Shown here piece after piece: positions 28,349-42,446 of a stretch of 64,000 nucleotides of DNA. The stretch comes from Tubiluchus corallicola (Eukaryota > Animalia > Priapulida): contig JAQGDQ010000247.1 of the NCBI GenBank assembly GCA_030141605.1, forward strand, positions 124,001 through 188,000, in the 5' to 3' direction. How positions within the stretch are numbered: position 1 is the first letter of the stretch; every line of letters starts with the position of its first letter. Under the pieces are notes generated by a model. The model was not told the DNA's origin. It made no database searches and was given only the letters and a program-made list of their open reading frames with translations. The translations under genes and the position numbers were made by a program.

Positions 28349-31300
28349 ATGGGAAACAACAATTCCTATGTGCGAAAGAGCTACTTGGCTCAGGATTTTT
28401 CCCAACCACCTTACATGCCGTCAAAGGCAAAACTTCACCGCTCAACCTCGGAGTATCGTAATTTTTCCCACTCCTCCCCACAGCTGCCCAGGTATCAGAG
28501 AAATCGCCAATTTGAGCTGCCGGAAAACAAAGTGATGCATGAGAATCCGGCCTTTGGAATGGAAAAGCTTCGAAACACCGGCAAGCTTGACATCGTCAAG
28601 AATGGTGGGACACTGAGAGTGATAAATGGTGTCCCAGTTGTTGATGAAACAGTCGACGAATTGATACAAAAGCTGAATAACAGGTCACGGTTGCTTGTGA
28701 AAAGCGAGTGGGCGATGAAGAGGAGCAATTCAGTTGGCGACCTAGTTGAATCGTCAACGAATCAGACCATGTCAGAAGTCAACATGGAAATAATGGCCCG
28801 AAGCTACTTGAGGGAAAGTGGATCGCTAAAAAGACAAGCTAACAATGGTCCACCCCGCAAATCCAGAAAAAAGACCAAAGCGCCACCACCTCCACCCACC
28901 AACAGCCAAGAAAAAGAGAACAGTAGTAATTTTGCGCAGCACAAGAAAAATAAAAAGAACATAAAGAAAGGAATAGCTCCAAGCCCTCCTGCTGTTCAGC
29001 CATCACAGTCGCTTGTTGCATCTGAAGACGATCTTTGGCAAGGATCGTTAGAAGAGTGTCAAAGTTACCAAAGCATGATTTCAATCAGAACGGCGGACAT
29101 AGAAGATCGAACAAATAATAGTAATGTGCAGCAGACTGATAAAATAGAAAAAATGCCAGTTGAAGAAAAAGAGTTCCCGGACATTCCAAAGTTCATCAAA
29201 GACGAAAAAAGAGAACCAAGCAAAGACGTAAGTCGAGAAAGTTTCCCTGAATGTCAGAGCGATCAAAAGATGGGAAAGCACAAAAAAGAACGAAAAACAC
29301 CTCAACGTAGTGATTCTGTATTGGCTGGGATAATATCAAACCTTGCGAGGAAACACAGAAAGGGGTCTCGTAGCAAATCCGCTGAAAATCGAATCAACGA
29401 AGAAGATGATCCAACCAAAGGATTTGTGCTAAGAAAATACAGTGGGTCGTCTGATGATGTAAGAAGTGAATTCACAGAATACTCAGAAGAACTGTTTAAG
29501 GAAAGTGACTGTCAAAGTCGACCTCAGAGTGATCATATGATAGAAATGTCAATGAAGACTCCTCTAACGGAAAAAATCCTTCAACATCTGCGAGAAGGTG
29601 ATTACAGAATCAAAGACATCAAGTCAAAGGACGGAGAACTAACCTTTGTAATTGACCAAAACGTCAATGCTCAATCAGCTGTTAGTCGGCAGTCTAAAGA
29701 AGCTGATGAACCATCTCTGGCGAATGCCAAAAGCAAACAGCAGTCGACTAGTTTGCAGCCACCTGTCATCGATCGGACATCAGAATGGGTTCGGCAGGCA
29801 ATGCAGTTTGGTGATAAAACTAGTTTATCAAGAGAGCCTTCTGAGGCAGTTATAAACCTTTCATCTGAATCAGATTCTTATGATTCCAGTGAAAAAGGGA
29901 GGAACGAAAAAAGTCCTCCTACAGAACTTTCAGATTTGCTCACTAGCAGTGCTTCCTCTTTTGCATGGGCAGGACGACCTTTATCAGTACCACCTGTTAA
30001 TACCTCATCTCCAGAGCGTCTTCACCAAAAAGTATCTAACTATGTTAATGTACCTTTAGACAATACATTGGGTGGTAATCAGAACATTCCACATTTAAGT
30101 CGGCAAGATGAGATGGGTTGGACTTATGGTCAGGTGCCAGCAATTAACAGTCGAGATCAGCAAAAATCACGTTTAGTTTGTTCGCGAAACCTAATAGAAG
30201 ACACACGCATGCCCTTTCCTGATAAATCCAAATGGCAACTAGAAAAACATCTGCTCTCGGAAGACGATGGTTATAACTCGCAGCAGCAAAGTCCTGCATC
30301 TTCCAGCCAGTTAACTCAGGTGAACTCTCGTCGTTCAGGAGAATGGATACCAGAAATGGATTTAAATGGAGAACTCGATGATACCTCACTCACAGATGAA
30401 TTGAGTCCTTTACCGCGATTGCAACATAAACCAGTTCTTTCACTGCAAAGCATGTTTACTAGGGGAATCAGGCGAGATATGTACAGTATTCCAAATGACG
30501 ATCAGGATTCTCTGGAACTGAAAATATATCCAGAAGAGTTTTCTAAGAAAGAAACATCACAAGATGTGATGTCAAAGCCAATGCAAAGTGTCTCCTTTGT
30601 TGCAGGCTGTGTGGAAAATGAACAGAAGAAAAACTCGAACTCGTCGCCGTCCAAGTCAGAGAACTCCAAAGTGAATAAAATGTATAGTTTCAAGAAGATC
30701 CAACAAACTGTAAAAGATGCTTGGGGCAACAGGAAGTACAAAAAGGGAGATGAAGTACCAGAAGACCTCCAGTCAAATTGGATAATGCGCCAGAGTTTTA
30801 CAGAATTAGAAAGTGAGAAAGAACGTGGAATACTTCATGCTGCAAGTGACTTACAATATTACAGTGAGCCAAGAACGAGGGTTGACCACTTAATCAGTGG
30901 AGATTTATTAGAACCAAATTTGAGAAACAAGTCAACTTTGTCTGACAGTATTTTAAATGTTATTCCTCAAAGAGGCAGTCAGTTAAGTTTGCATAACGAA
31001 GCTCCTTCCACTGGACAGCACAGAACTGCGTCACCTAAATGGCATGGTAATAGTGGCGGGCATGTTATCTATTTACCAGAATATAAGACAACAAAGTTTG
31101 ATGAAATTTGCAAATTAACCAGAGGAGGTGAAGAAAGCGAACCTGTGCATCACAATAAAATAATCAATCCAGCAACCCTTGAAGAAGAAATAGCGAAAAG
31201 AGAGATGGCAAGAGACAATGAAAAGAAAATGCAAGACGAAGTAGAATTGAACTTGAAAAAACAACGCGAGCAGGATCGGCAAGTAATGCAAAGACAGATT

Positions 31301-33086
31301 AAACAATCTCACAGCTCAGAACGAAGTTCTGAAATCACTGCCTGTTCAGAAAAATATGAAAATATTGCCATTGTTAAAAAAGTGGAAAGTAATGCAGCTA
31401 GTAGTAGCACAAAGGAATTTTCAAATCCGAAATACTTTATTGCCAATCAAGTACAACAAGAGTCAGAGCCTTTGTACCAAAATAGTGCTGTAGAAAAGGC
31501 AGCAATTTGCATTGGCGATCTAAGAAAACCATTGAATGAAGTTCAGGTCAAGAAAGAAGATCACAAACGTGTAGTAGTTCCAGTGTCAAATAAAAATAAG
31601 GATACAGATAAGAATAAGGATGATGCTACATCTGAAGCCTGGTCCAACCAATTGGATAATATCCTAGCAAGAATACAGAATGAACAACAGCGAGATAAAA
31701 GCATAGAAGCTTGGATAAGGTATCAGCAGCAATCTGTTGGTTTGAAATTTGATAGTGATACTGAAGATGCTGAAGCACCAGCAATGCAAAACAATGACGT
31801 TGCAGTTTTTCATGGTAACAACAACGAAAGGTCTGTACCACCAAAGGTGTTAGAAAACAAGCCTATTACTCCTGTGCCACATTCACAAAATAAACTTGTT
31901 CAAAGTTTAGTGGTCGACGACAACTCTTCTGCCACACCCATTGTGTCTGTAAAATATGCTCCTGGAAAAGCGGATGCAGAAAAAGAGCAGTTCTTCTTTG
32001 GAATGGAAAAGAGGGGTCACACTCCAAACTGTTCAAACTCGGCAAAAGTGGAATCAAAGAAACGTACTGCTGCACCTCAGTATAAGGCAGAGTTCCATTC
32101 TTCTGTTCAGCATATTTCTGGGAACACAAGACCTCCTTCTTTGGACCCCAATGTGAAAAAAGATGCAGCAGTAGTTTCACAACCAAGATCAAGGTTAGAT
32201 AATCTACAGGCAAGTGACATGAGATTAAGCGATCGTGCTTCAGATATACAAGCCCAAAATTACAATGCAGATATCGTTACAGAAGATACCATGGACCAAG
32301 ACAAAGGCATCAAGCCTCTAGGTCATTACAGAAAACAAGAAGAACACCGGCATCCTTCTAACTACTTGAGACCTGTACATGTTGATCACAACGGTGACGA
32401 TTATAGTGTAGACGTTGTTCGAAGAGATATACCAAATTTTGTGCCTTCAACTCCAGCAGCACCTTATGGGAAATCTCACTCATATAACATTGGTGTCTCA
32501 AGGCATGCAGAAATGTCGCACTCAAGACCAATGGAATGTGACGTGTCGTGGGATAGCATTGGGATGAATAGAAATTCCGATGACAACGTTCGCTATGGCA
32601 ACCATAATGAGGTTGTTGTACAGAGAGAACCAATGAAACACATGAAACATGAAAATGAAATGAAACCACCTTCTTCTGGGTATTACAGAAGAAAAGAGGA
32701 TCCACAGTTCTTTATAGATTATTCTAGATCAGCAGAGGCAAGGTCACGTGATCATGATAACTATCGTAATGAAATTCAACCCGGCAGCAGAGACAATACC
32801 CGATTAAGTAATCATAGTCATTACAGTGCGGGAAATCATCGACCACATGGTCGCAACAGTGATTTGGCACACCGGGAATCTTTCAAGACACGTGCTGCAA
32901 TGCATCCATCTCCACACAGCAGTGACTACCATCCTCGTGACAAATACCGCAGTGAAGTGCACATATCGGTGGTCCCACGACCATATCAGCAGCAGGGCCA
33001 TCATAGTGATTACCAGCCATATAAGCCAAATGAGTTGAGGACCACTCCTGCTCATGAAAGGTTCTCAGAAAGTCAATCCAGCCAAG
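28349..33086 (+). CDS. giant first coding exon of an uncharacterised ~1630-aa, largely disordered protein
   Basis: 4.7-kb stop-free frame. Strong acceptor (T-tract ccag| at 28224), in-frame TGA at 28337 before the ATG, MGNNNS myristoylation consensus, KKTKAPPPPP and KKGIAPSPP motifs, charged coiled-coil stretch (LEEEIAKREMARD..), donor CAAG|GTAAGC after 33086. Confidence 0.9.
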
Positions 33087-34584
33087 GTAAGCGACGGTTT
33101 CGTGTACTCTGCCCTGGACTTTCCACCCAGGTCCAAACCACAGGGCAGCGGACAAGTCACTTAGCCTTTTAGGGTAGTGCAGATTCTTATTAAAACACTC
33201 ATTCACTATTAAAACAGCTCAACTAATATATAACCAAAATCAAGGGCTTGTAGTAACAACTGAATTGCCCCACTTAGCAAAGAGGGACACTAAAGTAAAC
33301 TGTCCAAATCACCTTCTGAGTTCTGAGTGATCTCTCAGAACTCATAGTCGACTGTATTTGAAATGGGGCTTTCACGCCCACCCATCACTTGCCAAAGGCT
33401 TACTATCATAGGTGTCTCGCTTCCGAATTACATCTGCACTGCTTACGATATATTCGCTATAGTACGTGTATTAATATATGTATGTTTTCAACTTAAGAGC
33501 CTCATTTTCATTTCCCCCATTTACGCAACAAGTGCTTGGCGTAACTGACAAGCAATTCGTTTAATGACACCAGTCTTAGTGAGTAATAAATTGTCATGCA
33601 GTAGACATCATATTACGTCCATAAGGTTTCTTAGTCGAGTTCCTTATTAGAAGCGACTTTATCAGGTTTTTGGCACATGGTGGAAATAAAAAAAATTAAT
33701 TGGACTCTACCTGGAGTTCTTGATTTTGTTTGGTTCGCTTAAATCATTTTTTTCGTGTGTGGGGACACAATATGATAGTGATTAGTCTGGAAATGTCTCC
33801 TATCTAAACACTTGTTATGTCCTATGTTGCTTAACTGCTGAAGGTAGCATTTATGACATATGCTGTCAATTTGAAGCTAGATTCTAAAATCGACTATCAT
33901 CCCTCTAACACTTTATAAAAATTTTCAAACTATTGTGTTGCACTTGAAATTTTAATAGTGTATGCTGGGACTCTGGGATGATGCCAAGTGGCCAGTAATT
34001 AATGCTCCTGCCAAATCGATACATGCTACCTTCATAGTAGCAGACCTATTTAAAGAACCTAATAGTCCCTAATAACTGCATAATTATGGGCAAACACCTC
34101 GGCAAATAGCTACTGCTATTGCAAGTCCACAAGTGGTTTTGTTACTTATTGGCAGAAGTACAGTTACAAATACATGCGCACGCTCCAAAAAGTAATAACT
34201 ACGTTCTAATGTTCGATTTTGGTGAATATTAGAATGTGAAACAGGGAGAGAGAGGAAAGCATTTAAGCTTTTTTCCATTAAAAACTTGAGGAAAATATTT
34301 TAAGTAAACATTTCTGTTCCTCGGTCAGAAGAAGTGTCCCGTGGATTACGTCCGCCAGGCCGCAAAGATTTTCCGGCTCTGGATCATTCAGTTTCATAAG
34401 CTCTTTTGTCCAATTGTGCTGGCAGAGTAAACCTAAGGGTCAGCAGGGTCAGGCCCAATCTCACCCACTTCATGACCTTTTCTTTTCCCGTTTTTTACTT
34501 GAAATGTAGTCAATTGATTGCCACAACTAATGTGGTTGGACAGGTAACTTTCCGCTGCTGTACCTCTTTTGTAATTTCTTCCAG

Positions 34585-34742
34585 GTTTCGAACGAAATCA
34601 ACCCTTAAGAAAAGGGAATCGCAGAGGTCGATTTGTGCCAAGACCAGAAAGACACAGTTATCCTTGCATAGATGGCTGGGACTATCCTCCTTCACAACAA
34701 CATCCACATCACACGACCAGCGCTACTGTTGAGTGGTTCTAG
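34585..34742 (+). CDS. probable terminal coding exon of the same gene
   Basis: Acceptor aatttcttccag|. A phase-1 join gives GFERNQPLRKGNRRGRFVPRPERHSYPCIDGWDYPPSQQHPHHTTSATVEWF*. Total CDS 4896 nt (multiple of 3). Confidence 0.65.
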
Positions 34743-34756
34743 GCAGTTTAACTCCT

Positions 34757-34772
34757 GCTGCCATCTAATGGC
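34757..34772 (-). promoter_or_regulatory. CTCF-like motif
   Basis: Reverse complement GCCATTAGATGGCAGC. Confidence 0.4.
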
Positions 34773-35151
34773 AGAACATTACAGCTATTTTAACTGATTT
34801 CATCTGCTGCTTACTTATTCTCCTTTTTTCCATGACTTCAAACTTTGTAATTTCTGTCATTTTTACAGGTTTTTGTTAAATTCTTTCTTGTGGCGCTCTC
34901 TTGTTAATTTGATTAATTTTATTGAATGTTATAACAATTTATACTCCTTTCATTGCTTTGGTAAAGACATTTGAGTCTTTCTAACCGCGAAAAATATTAA
35001 CTTTGATATTAATCAATATCATTTTATATCATTAATATAATTTTATTAATAATTACTTGTACTTACCGTGTATATTAAAGGGTTTAATGTTACAAATGTG
35101 AATATGTATTTGTAAACTGACTTTGATATTATAATAACTGTAAAAATGTTT

Positions 35152-35157
35152 AATAAA
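35152..35157 (+). terminator. candidate polyadenylation signal of the large-exon gene
   Basis: AATAAA after an AT-rich 3' UTR, followed by a T-rich tract. Confidence 0.45.
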
Positions 35158-35598
35158 AGTTCATTTTTTATACTTTTATCAGCATTACTATTATACTATT
35201 CCTATGTAGTAGTTTTACAATTGATTTTGTTTTCAGTAAAACAATAAAAGAAATACGAAGTCATTAATTTTTTGAACAACGAGCAAAACAACATCATCAT
35301 AATTTTTAGTTCTGGTATGTAATTATAGATTTTTGTCTATTTTTCCATTTTTCTACTTCTAACAAGACAAATTGTCTAAAACTAAACTACTCGTTGAACT
35401 TGTCTTTCTGTAGGTTTCAGATGTCCATCCAAAATGCTGTAAAGTTTCATTGAAGATTTTCCCTATGAATGACAAACACAGCGTTTAGCAATTAACCCTT
35501 TGGGTAGACCCTTTAAGACATGCACATTAGGCTGAGTTCACTGAATCCAACATAATGTTTTCTGTTTGCCATCAATGCTTATCTATGCTAACTTTCAG

Positions 35599-35853
35599 CA
35601 GGGCCTATTTCAAGGGGGGGGGACTTCCCCGGGGCTGTACCCTCCAGGGGGGCCTCGCGCCGAGGTAACATTATTTTTTTGTTTTATGCGAACATACTGT
35701 ATAACTCCATATTTTCTCTTCGAAAATGCTTCTCCGGCGTTCTAGCAGTTCAAAAATTTTCTGGGCGCCAATCATGGTGGCGACCGCCCCCCCCCCGAGG
35801 GGGCCTCACACACCCCACTTCCCCGGGCCTCGCTTAGGCTGAAATAGGCCCTG
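35599..35853. mobile_element. hAT-type MITE
   Basis: Perfect 14-bp TIR CAGGGCCTATTTCA / TGAAATAGGCCCTG, 8-bp TSD ACTTTCAG / ATTTTCAG, GC-rich subterminal GGGCCTC repeats. Confidence 0.92.
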
Positions 35854-36396
35854 ATTTTCAGAGACATATAATAAATCAATTGTTAAACATTTTGCATTGT
35901 TCTTTTTACACATGCGCATAAAGTCATACTCATTAAACTGTCACAATGGAAGTTTAAGACAATGTTATGCATGCACAGTGGTTGACAGCTTTACAAACAA
36001 CAATAATTATTTAATTTCTACGGAAAACAAGATGTTGATTAAAGAACGATACTTCTTTACATTACGGCAGCACCTTGGATTTGAGTTTACGTGCGAACTT
36101 TGCCTGTTGTGTGCAACCTTTGATCTTGAGCACACAAATATGAAGAGAGCGTCCACTTACTTCGGGAGCCCAGAGAAACATGCGTAAAAAGTTACTACTA
36201 CTATATTCTGCTTTTAAGGCAAACTGTGCCCAACTGCCCAGATATGGAAACTACTGAAATTACGTTTCTAGAAACTATGTCGCCATTGCGGAAGCTAACT
36301 ATAGTTCTCGATTTTTAAGTCAGAGTAAGATGAACGTCAAGTATGTGATGTGATTTGAGACAAGAAACTGTTCTGTCGTGTTGTGCTATTCCAATC

Positions 36397-37266
36397 ATGT
36401 TTATTGATATTTATCTTATACCGAAGGTGTTACTAGTCATCTTATGCTTTATGGTGATAGACGTAAAATTCTATGTCTATCATTTGTTCTTGGATTTGGT
36501 GATTCTCGAAGCCGTTGTAAAATCAGTTAAGCATAAATGGTATCACTGGCTTGTATTATTGGTGCTTTTGCTTTTCGTAAACTATAAAATATATAGGTTT
36601 CTGCGGATCTATGAGCTCAGATCTCAACCATATGACTTTGATACAAAGAGAATGGACAAGTCGCAATGGTTCTATCGCATTAACGACACGAAAATCAGCT
36701 ACAACACTGGGATTGTCTTCCTCAATAACTTAGTCAATAAAAATAGCAAGCATAGAATTGAGTCCATACCAGTGAGAAATTTGGCAATATGGTCGTCAGA
36801 CACAATGCGCTACGATTTTTTGTTGACTTACTGGAAAGACGAAGATATGACGTCACCATACATGTGCATCATTGAAAGTGATATTGTTTTAGATCTTGAT
36901 TATTTTGCCAACCAGTTGATAGCACAAAAACCTGAGTTGGCGCACATACAGCACTTTCACTCACACGACTCTTTTGAATCGTGTAACATTGGTGTGTTGT
37001 GTACGTCCAAGGCAGCGTCCAGATGGACAAGATGGTGGGCGTGGTTAATGCACTTTTTGCATAGAAAAAGGTACAGACGATTGATACCTTATGCGATGGT
37101 GTACTACATGGTACCTTCAAGGTACGTGTTTGGATGGGATAGCCATGGAGGGTGTACCGAGTATCATCCACGGTGCAAGTACATTCATTTTACACCACCG
37201 GGCAAGGAAATTCAAATTAATGATGCAGTGGAAGTCATTAGCAAGATTGCTAACAAGATAGCATGA
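36397..37266 (+). CDS. membrane-anchored putative GT-A-fold glycosyltransferase-like protein, paralogue 1 (289 aa)
   Basis: Uninterrupted ORF whose ATG aligns with the other two copies. N-terminal hydrophobic segments, YMCIIESDIVL (DxD-like), CNIGVLC, YIHFT..GK. CDS solid; function inferred from motifs only. Confidence 0.8.
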   Translation: MFIDIYLIPKVLLVILCFMVIDVKFYVYHLFLDLVILEAVVKSVKHKWYHWLVLLVLLLFVNYKIYRFLRIYELRSQPYDFDTKRMDKSQWFYRINDTKISYNTGIVFLNNLVNKNSKHRIESIPVRNLAIWSSDTMRYDFLLTYWKDEDMTSPYMCIIESDIVLDLDYFANQLIAQKPELAHIQHFHSHDSFESCNIGVLCTSKAASRWTRWWAWLMHFLHRKRYRRLIPYAMVYYMVPSRYVFGWDSHGGCTEYHPRCKYIHFTPPGKEIQINDAVEVISKIANKIA

Positions 37267-37785
37267 AATCATAGACTATATCAGTTCATTTATTTGTTAT
37301 CATTTATTTTAATTTTCATTACAATAAAATGTAAAAGTAAGTTCGTTAACAGTGGCGGGTCATAGCTAAAATTAGTGGGAGTGCTGCAAAATTAAAATTT
37401 TTTTAGCCGTTGTTTTGATACTGTGTAAAACGAAACTAATTTATACATAAACTTGATAAACTCCTTGAAATAATGTTTTGTTACGAATAGCCTAAATTGT
37501 TAAAGTTCAAGAATATGCTGATGCACAACTTTTAAGCACGTGACAACTGACAACACGTACTGCAGTGAGCAACAGTACTCTTTCTACCTAAAGTACAGTG
37601 TGTCATCTCAGACATGTGCGCATGGCCGCACGCGCACATCAGCCAAACACCGCGATGATTGGGCTGTGTAGCAAATTGTACTTCCCTTATGTGTTCTGGA
37701 CCGTACAAGACCGCCAGCCTTTTTTAAATGTCCTTCAAAATTAAAGCTATTCTATTGAGGTCTTTTTGTGTGAAGTCTCTTCTTC

Positions 37786-39130
<1,345 letters not shown>

Positions 39131-39286
39131 AATCACTCTCTTATTTTACTTATACTGTTCACGTTAACGGAAACTATGTGGTTGTATGTATTTTTAAAAA
39201 AATAAGATGAAAACCGATTATCTGATCTGTGAGCTGGCAATAAGTACTGTGATTCAAAACTGTGCGTGGTAATATTTATTTCCACG

Positions 39287-40159
39287 ATGTTTATTGAATT
39301 TTATCTTGTCCCGAATGTGCCCAAGGTGTTACTGGTCATTTTGTGCTTTATAGTACTTGATGTGAAGTTCTGCGTGTACCACCTATTTTTGGATTTGGTG
39401 TTTTTCGAAGCCATTGTAAAATCAGTGAAGTTTAAGCGGTATCGTATGCTTGTATGGTCCGTACTATTGCTTTTGGTTAACTATAAAATATACAACATTC
39501 TTCAAACATATGAATTCACATATAAACCGTACAGCATTGACACAAGCAGATTGAACAAGTCGCAATGGTTCTATCGTATCAATGACACGAAAATCCGCTA
39601 CAACACTGAGATCGTGCTCCTCAACAACTTAGTCAATAAAGATAGTGAACATAGAGTCGAGTCCGTACCAGTAAGAAATTTGACAGTATGGTCGTCAGAG
39701 ACAATGCGCTACGATTTTCTGTTAACTTACTGGAAAGATGAAGACATGACGTCACCATACATGTGTATCATTGAGAGTGATATTGTTTTAGATCTTGAAT
39801 ATTTTGTATACCTTTTGGAGGCACATGAACCCGAGTTAGCGCACATTCAGCATTTCAACTCGCGCAAGTCTTTTGAGTCGTGTAACAATGGTGTGTTGTG
39901 TACGTCCAAGGCAGCGTCTAACTGGACAAAACGGTGGACATGGTTCATGCGGTTCTTGAATAGCAAGAAGTACAGGCGGTTAATACCCTATACGATTATG
40001 TACTACATGGTACCTTCAAAGTATGTGTTTGGATGGGATACCAATGGAGGTTGTACAAGGTACTATCCACATTGCAATTACATTCACTTTACACGACCAG
40101 GCAAGCGTAGCCAGATTCGTATAGCCATTGTAAAAAAGCAACGTGAAGACAGATTATGA
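39287..40159 (+). CDS. putative GT-A-fold glycosyltransferase-like protein, paralogue 2 (290 aa)
   Basis: Intact ORF with the same motifs as paralogue 1, near-identical to paralogue 3. Confidence 0.8.
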   Translation: MFIEFYLVPNVPKVLLVILCFIVLDVKFCVYHLFLDLVFFEAIVKSVKFKRYRMLVWSVLLLLVNYKIYNILQTYEFTYKPYSIDTSRLNKSQWFYRINDTKIRYNTEIVLLNNLVNKDSEHRVESVPVRNLTVWSSETMRYDFLLTYWKDEDMTSPYMCIIESDIVLDLEYFVYLLEAHEPELAHIQHFNSRKSFESCNNGVLCTSKAASNWTKRWTWFMRFLNSKKYRRLIPYTIMYYMVPSKYVFGWDTNGGCTRYYPHCNYIHFTRPGKRSQIRIAIVKKQREDRL

Positions 40160-40672
40160 CAAGATAATACAAACGCTCTATCACATCGGGTTTGATGTAT
40201 AATGATTCTAGGTATCAGTTCTATCTGATGTACCAGTACTTATAATAATAATCTTCTCTTTTCTCATAGTTGAGAATAAGGGCTAGCGTCATTTTCTTGC
40301 CAGAAGCAATCAAGGAAGAAACAAAGTATCAAGTTCGAAACTGCTTAGAAAATGATGGAGAAGGCTTTTAACAATTCATATCATATGGCATGTATCAATC
40401 GGCTAGTGACGTTACAGTGTCCACCTTCAGCCCGCCAAACTGTATGTTCGTTTACTACTCTCCACGATGAAATGTCTTTCAAAATTAGAGATGTTCCGTT
40501 GAGGCTTTTTTGTGTGAAATCCCTCAACATCAGCAATCTACCTTCCCTTGTCTTCTTTGATCATTGAATAGATCCATGGAGACCTTTAAGAAGTGGACGG
40601 TTTTAAACAATTGCAGAATGTTAATTTTGAAAATACCAGAAAACCATGAAGGTTTAAGACAATAAACAAAAT

Positions 40673-41410
40673 TTCTTCTTCTTCTTCTGTTGTTTTAAAC
40701 ACCTGTTGTAGCCATTGGTCGTCTATCCATTATTAGAGCACACCACAGTTTCCTGTCTCCAGCTAAATTTTTCAATTCTTATGATGCTATTGTTAAGCTT
40801 GGTCTCATCTGTTGTAAATATTTATTAATTCTTGATCTCCAAGTGTTTTTTTTGTTTGCCTGAAAGTCGTTTAGCAGATTTTAGTATCTCTTTTAATGCT
40901 AACCTTACTGGTGTTGTTTCTAGCAATCCCATTAAATATTCTCTGTATTTTAACATTATATTTCTGGCTTTTTTGCTGAAATGATCGCCTTTAGTTCTGT
41001 TATATAGCTGCTCATTTGAAATGATATGTGGTCACTTTATTTTAAAGAGTTTTCTGAGTGAACCTTTGTGGAATACATCTATTTCCGTTGCATAAGTTGC
41101 AGTCAAACCCCTCATTTCACTATTGCAAGTGAAGATACTAGTTACACATTTGAAGAATCACAGCCTTGTTTTGAGGGATAGTGTCTTGCTGATTAGAACA
41201 GGTTGGCTTTGGATAAACTGCACAATGCCTATTGTTTTTGATATCGTCTTTTGTTGAGTTTAGAATTTTACAAAAGAATGGTGACTTAATTTTTATGGAA
41301 CGCTATTTAGAATGTTTGTAAAAACAATCAGTTCTTGCAGCCAAAGAGAATGAAGAGTACACTGAACATACGAAGAACAGCTTTTAACTTATCCAGCTGG
41401 CAGAAACAAA
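40673..41410 (-). mobile_element. RTE-clade LINE relic, second copy upstream of paralogue 3
   Basis: Colinear with 37786-39130 and at the same position relative to the downstream ATG. Confidence 0.75.
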
Positions 41411-41564
41411 TCACTCTCTTATTTTACTTATACTGTTCACGTTAACGGAAACTATGTGGTTGTATGTATTTTTAAAAAAATAAGGTGAAACCCGATTATG
41501 TGATCTGTCAGCTGGCAATAAGTACTGTGGTTCAAAACTGTGCATTGTAATATTTATTTCTGCG

Positions 41565-42446
41565 ATGTTTATTGAATTTTATCTTGTCCCGAATGTGCCC
41601 AAGGTGTTATTTGTCATTTTGTGCTTTATTGTACTTGATGTGAAGTTCTGCGTGTACCACTTATTTTTGGATTTGGTGTTTATCGAGGCCATTGTAAAAT
41701 CAATGAAGTTTAAGCGGTATCGTATGCTTGTATGGTCCGTCCTATTGCTTCTGGTTAACTGTAAAGTATACAAGATTCTTCAGACATATGAATTCACATA
41801 TAAACCATACAGCATTGACACAAGCAGATTGAACAAGTCGCAATGGTTCTATCGCATCAACGACACGAAAATCCGCTACAACCCTGAGATCGTGCTCCTC
41901 AACAACTTAGTAAACAAAGATAGTGAACATAGAGTCGAGTCCGTACCAGTAAGAAATCTGACAATATGGTCGTCAGAGACAATGCGCTACGATTTTCTGT
42001 TAACTTACTGGAAAGATGAAGACATGACGTCACCATACATGTGTATCATTGAGAGTGATATTGTTTTGGACCTTGAATATTTTGCCAGCAAGTTGCAGAT
42101 ACGTGAACCCGAGTTGGCGCACATACAGCATTTCAACTCGCACAAGTCTTTTGAATCGTGTAACAATGGTGTGCTGTGTACGTCCAAGGCAGCGTCTAGC
42201 TGGACAAAATGGTGGACATGGTTCATGCGTTTCTTGAATAGCAAGAAGTACAGGCGGTTAATACCCTATACGATTATGTACTACATGGTACCTTCAAAGT
42301 ATGTGTTTGGATGGGATACCAGTGGAGGTTGTACAAGGTACTATCCACATTGCACTTACATTCACTTTACACGACCAGACAAGAATATGCAGATTCGTAG
42401 AGCTATGGAAGCCGTTATAAAAAAGCAACATGAAGACAGCTTTTGA
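41565..42446 (+). CDS. putative GT-A-fold glycosyltransferase-like protein, paralogue 3 (293 aa)
   Basis: Intact ORF with the same motifs. Confidence 0.8.
   Translation: MFIEFYLVPNVPKVLFVILCFIVLDVKFCVYHLFLDLVFIEAIVKSMKFKRYRMLVWSVLLLLVNCKVYKILQTYEFTYKPYSIDTSRLNKSQWFYRINDTKIRYNPEIVLLNNLVNKDSEHRVESVPVRNLTIWSSETMRYDFLLTYWKDEDMTSPYMCIIESDIVLDLEYFASKLQIREPELAHIQHFNSHKSFESCNNGVLCTSKAASSWTKWWTWFMRFLNSKKYRRLIPYTIMYYMVPSKYVFGWDTSGGCTRYYPHCTYIHFTRPDKNMQIRRAMEAVIKKQHEDSF

Noticed and set aside
33087-33172. End of the 1607-aa ORF as the main C-terminus / single-exon gene
   Set aside because: A strong donor AAG|GTAAGC after 33086 and a phase-compatible downstream exon make this more likely intron read-through. 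Kept only as a possible isoform.
28442-33206. Antisense and alternate-frame ORFs within the giant exon
   Set aside because: Short shadow ORFs of a coding region with no independent signals.
36355-36396. TTG/GTG starts given in the ORF track (36355, 39266)
   Set aside because: Eukaryotic context. Paralogue similarity begins at the shared ATG TTT ATT GA.
37350-37385. hAT-like left end CAGTGGCGG as a carrier transposon for paralogues 2-3
   Set aside because: I found no matching right TIR with the same 8-bp TSD (the candidates at ~49937 and ~51149 have different flanks).
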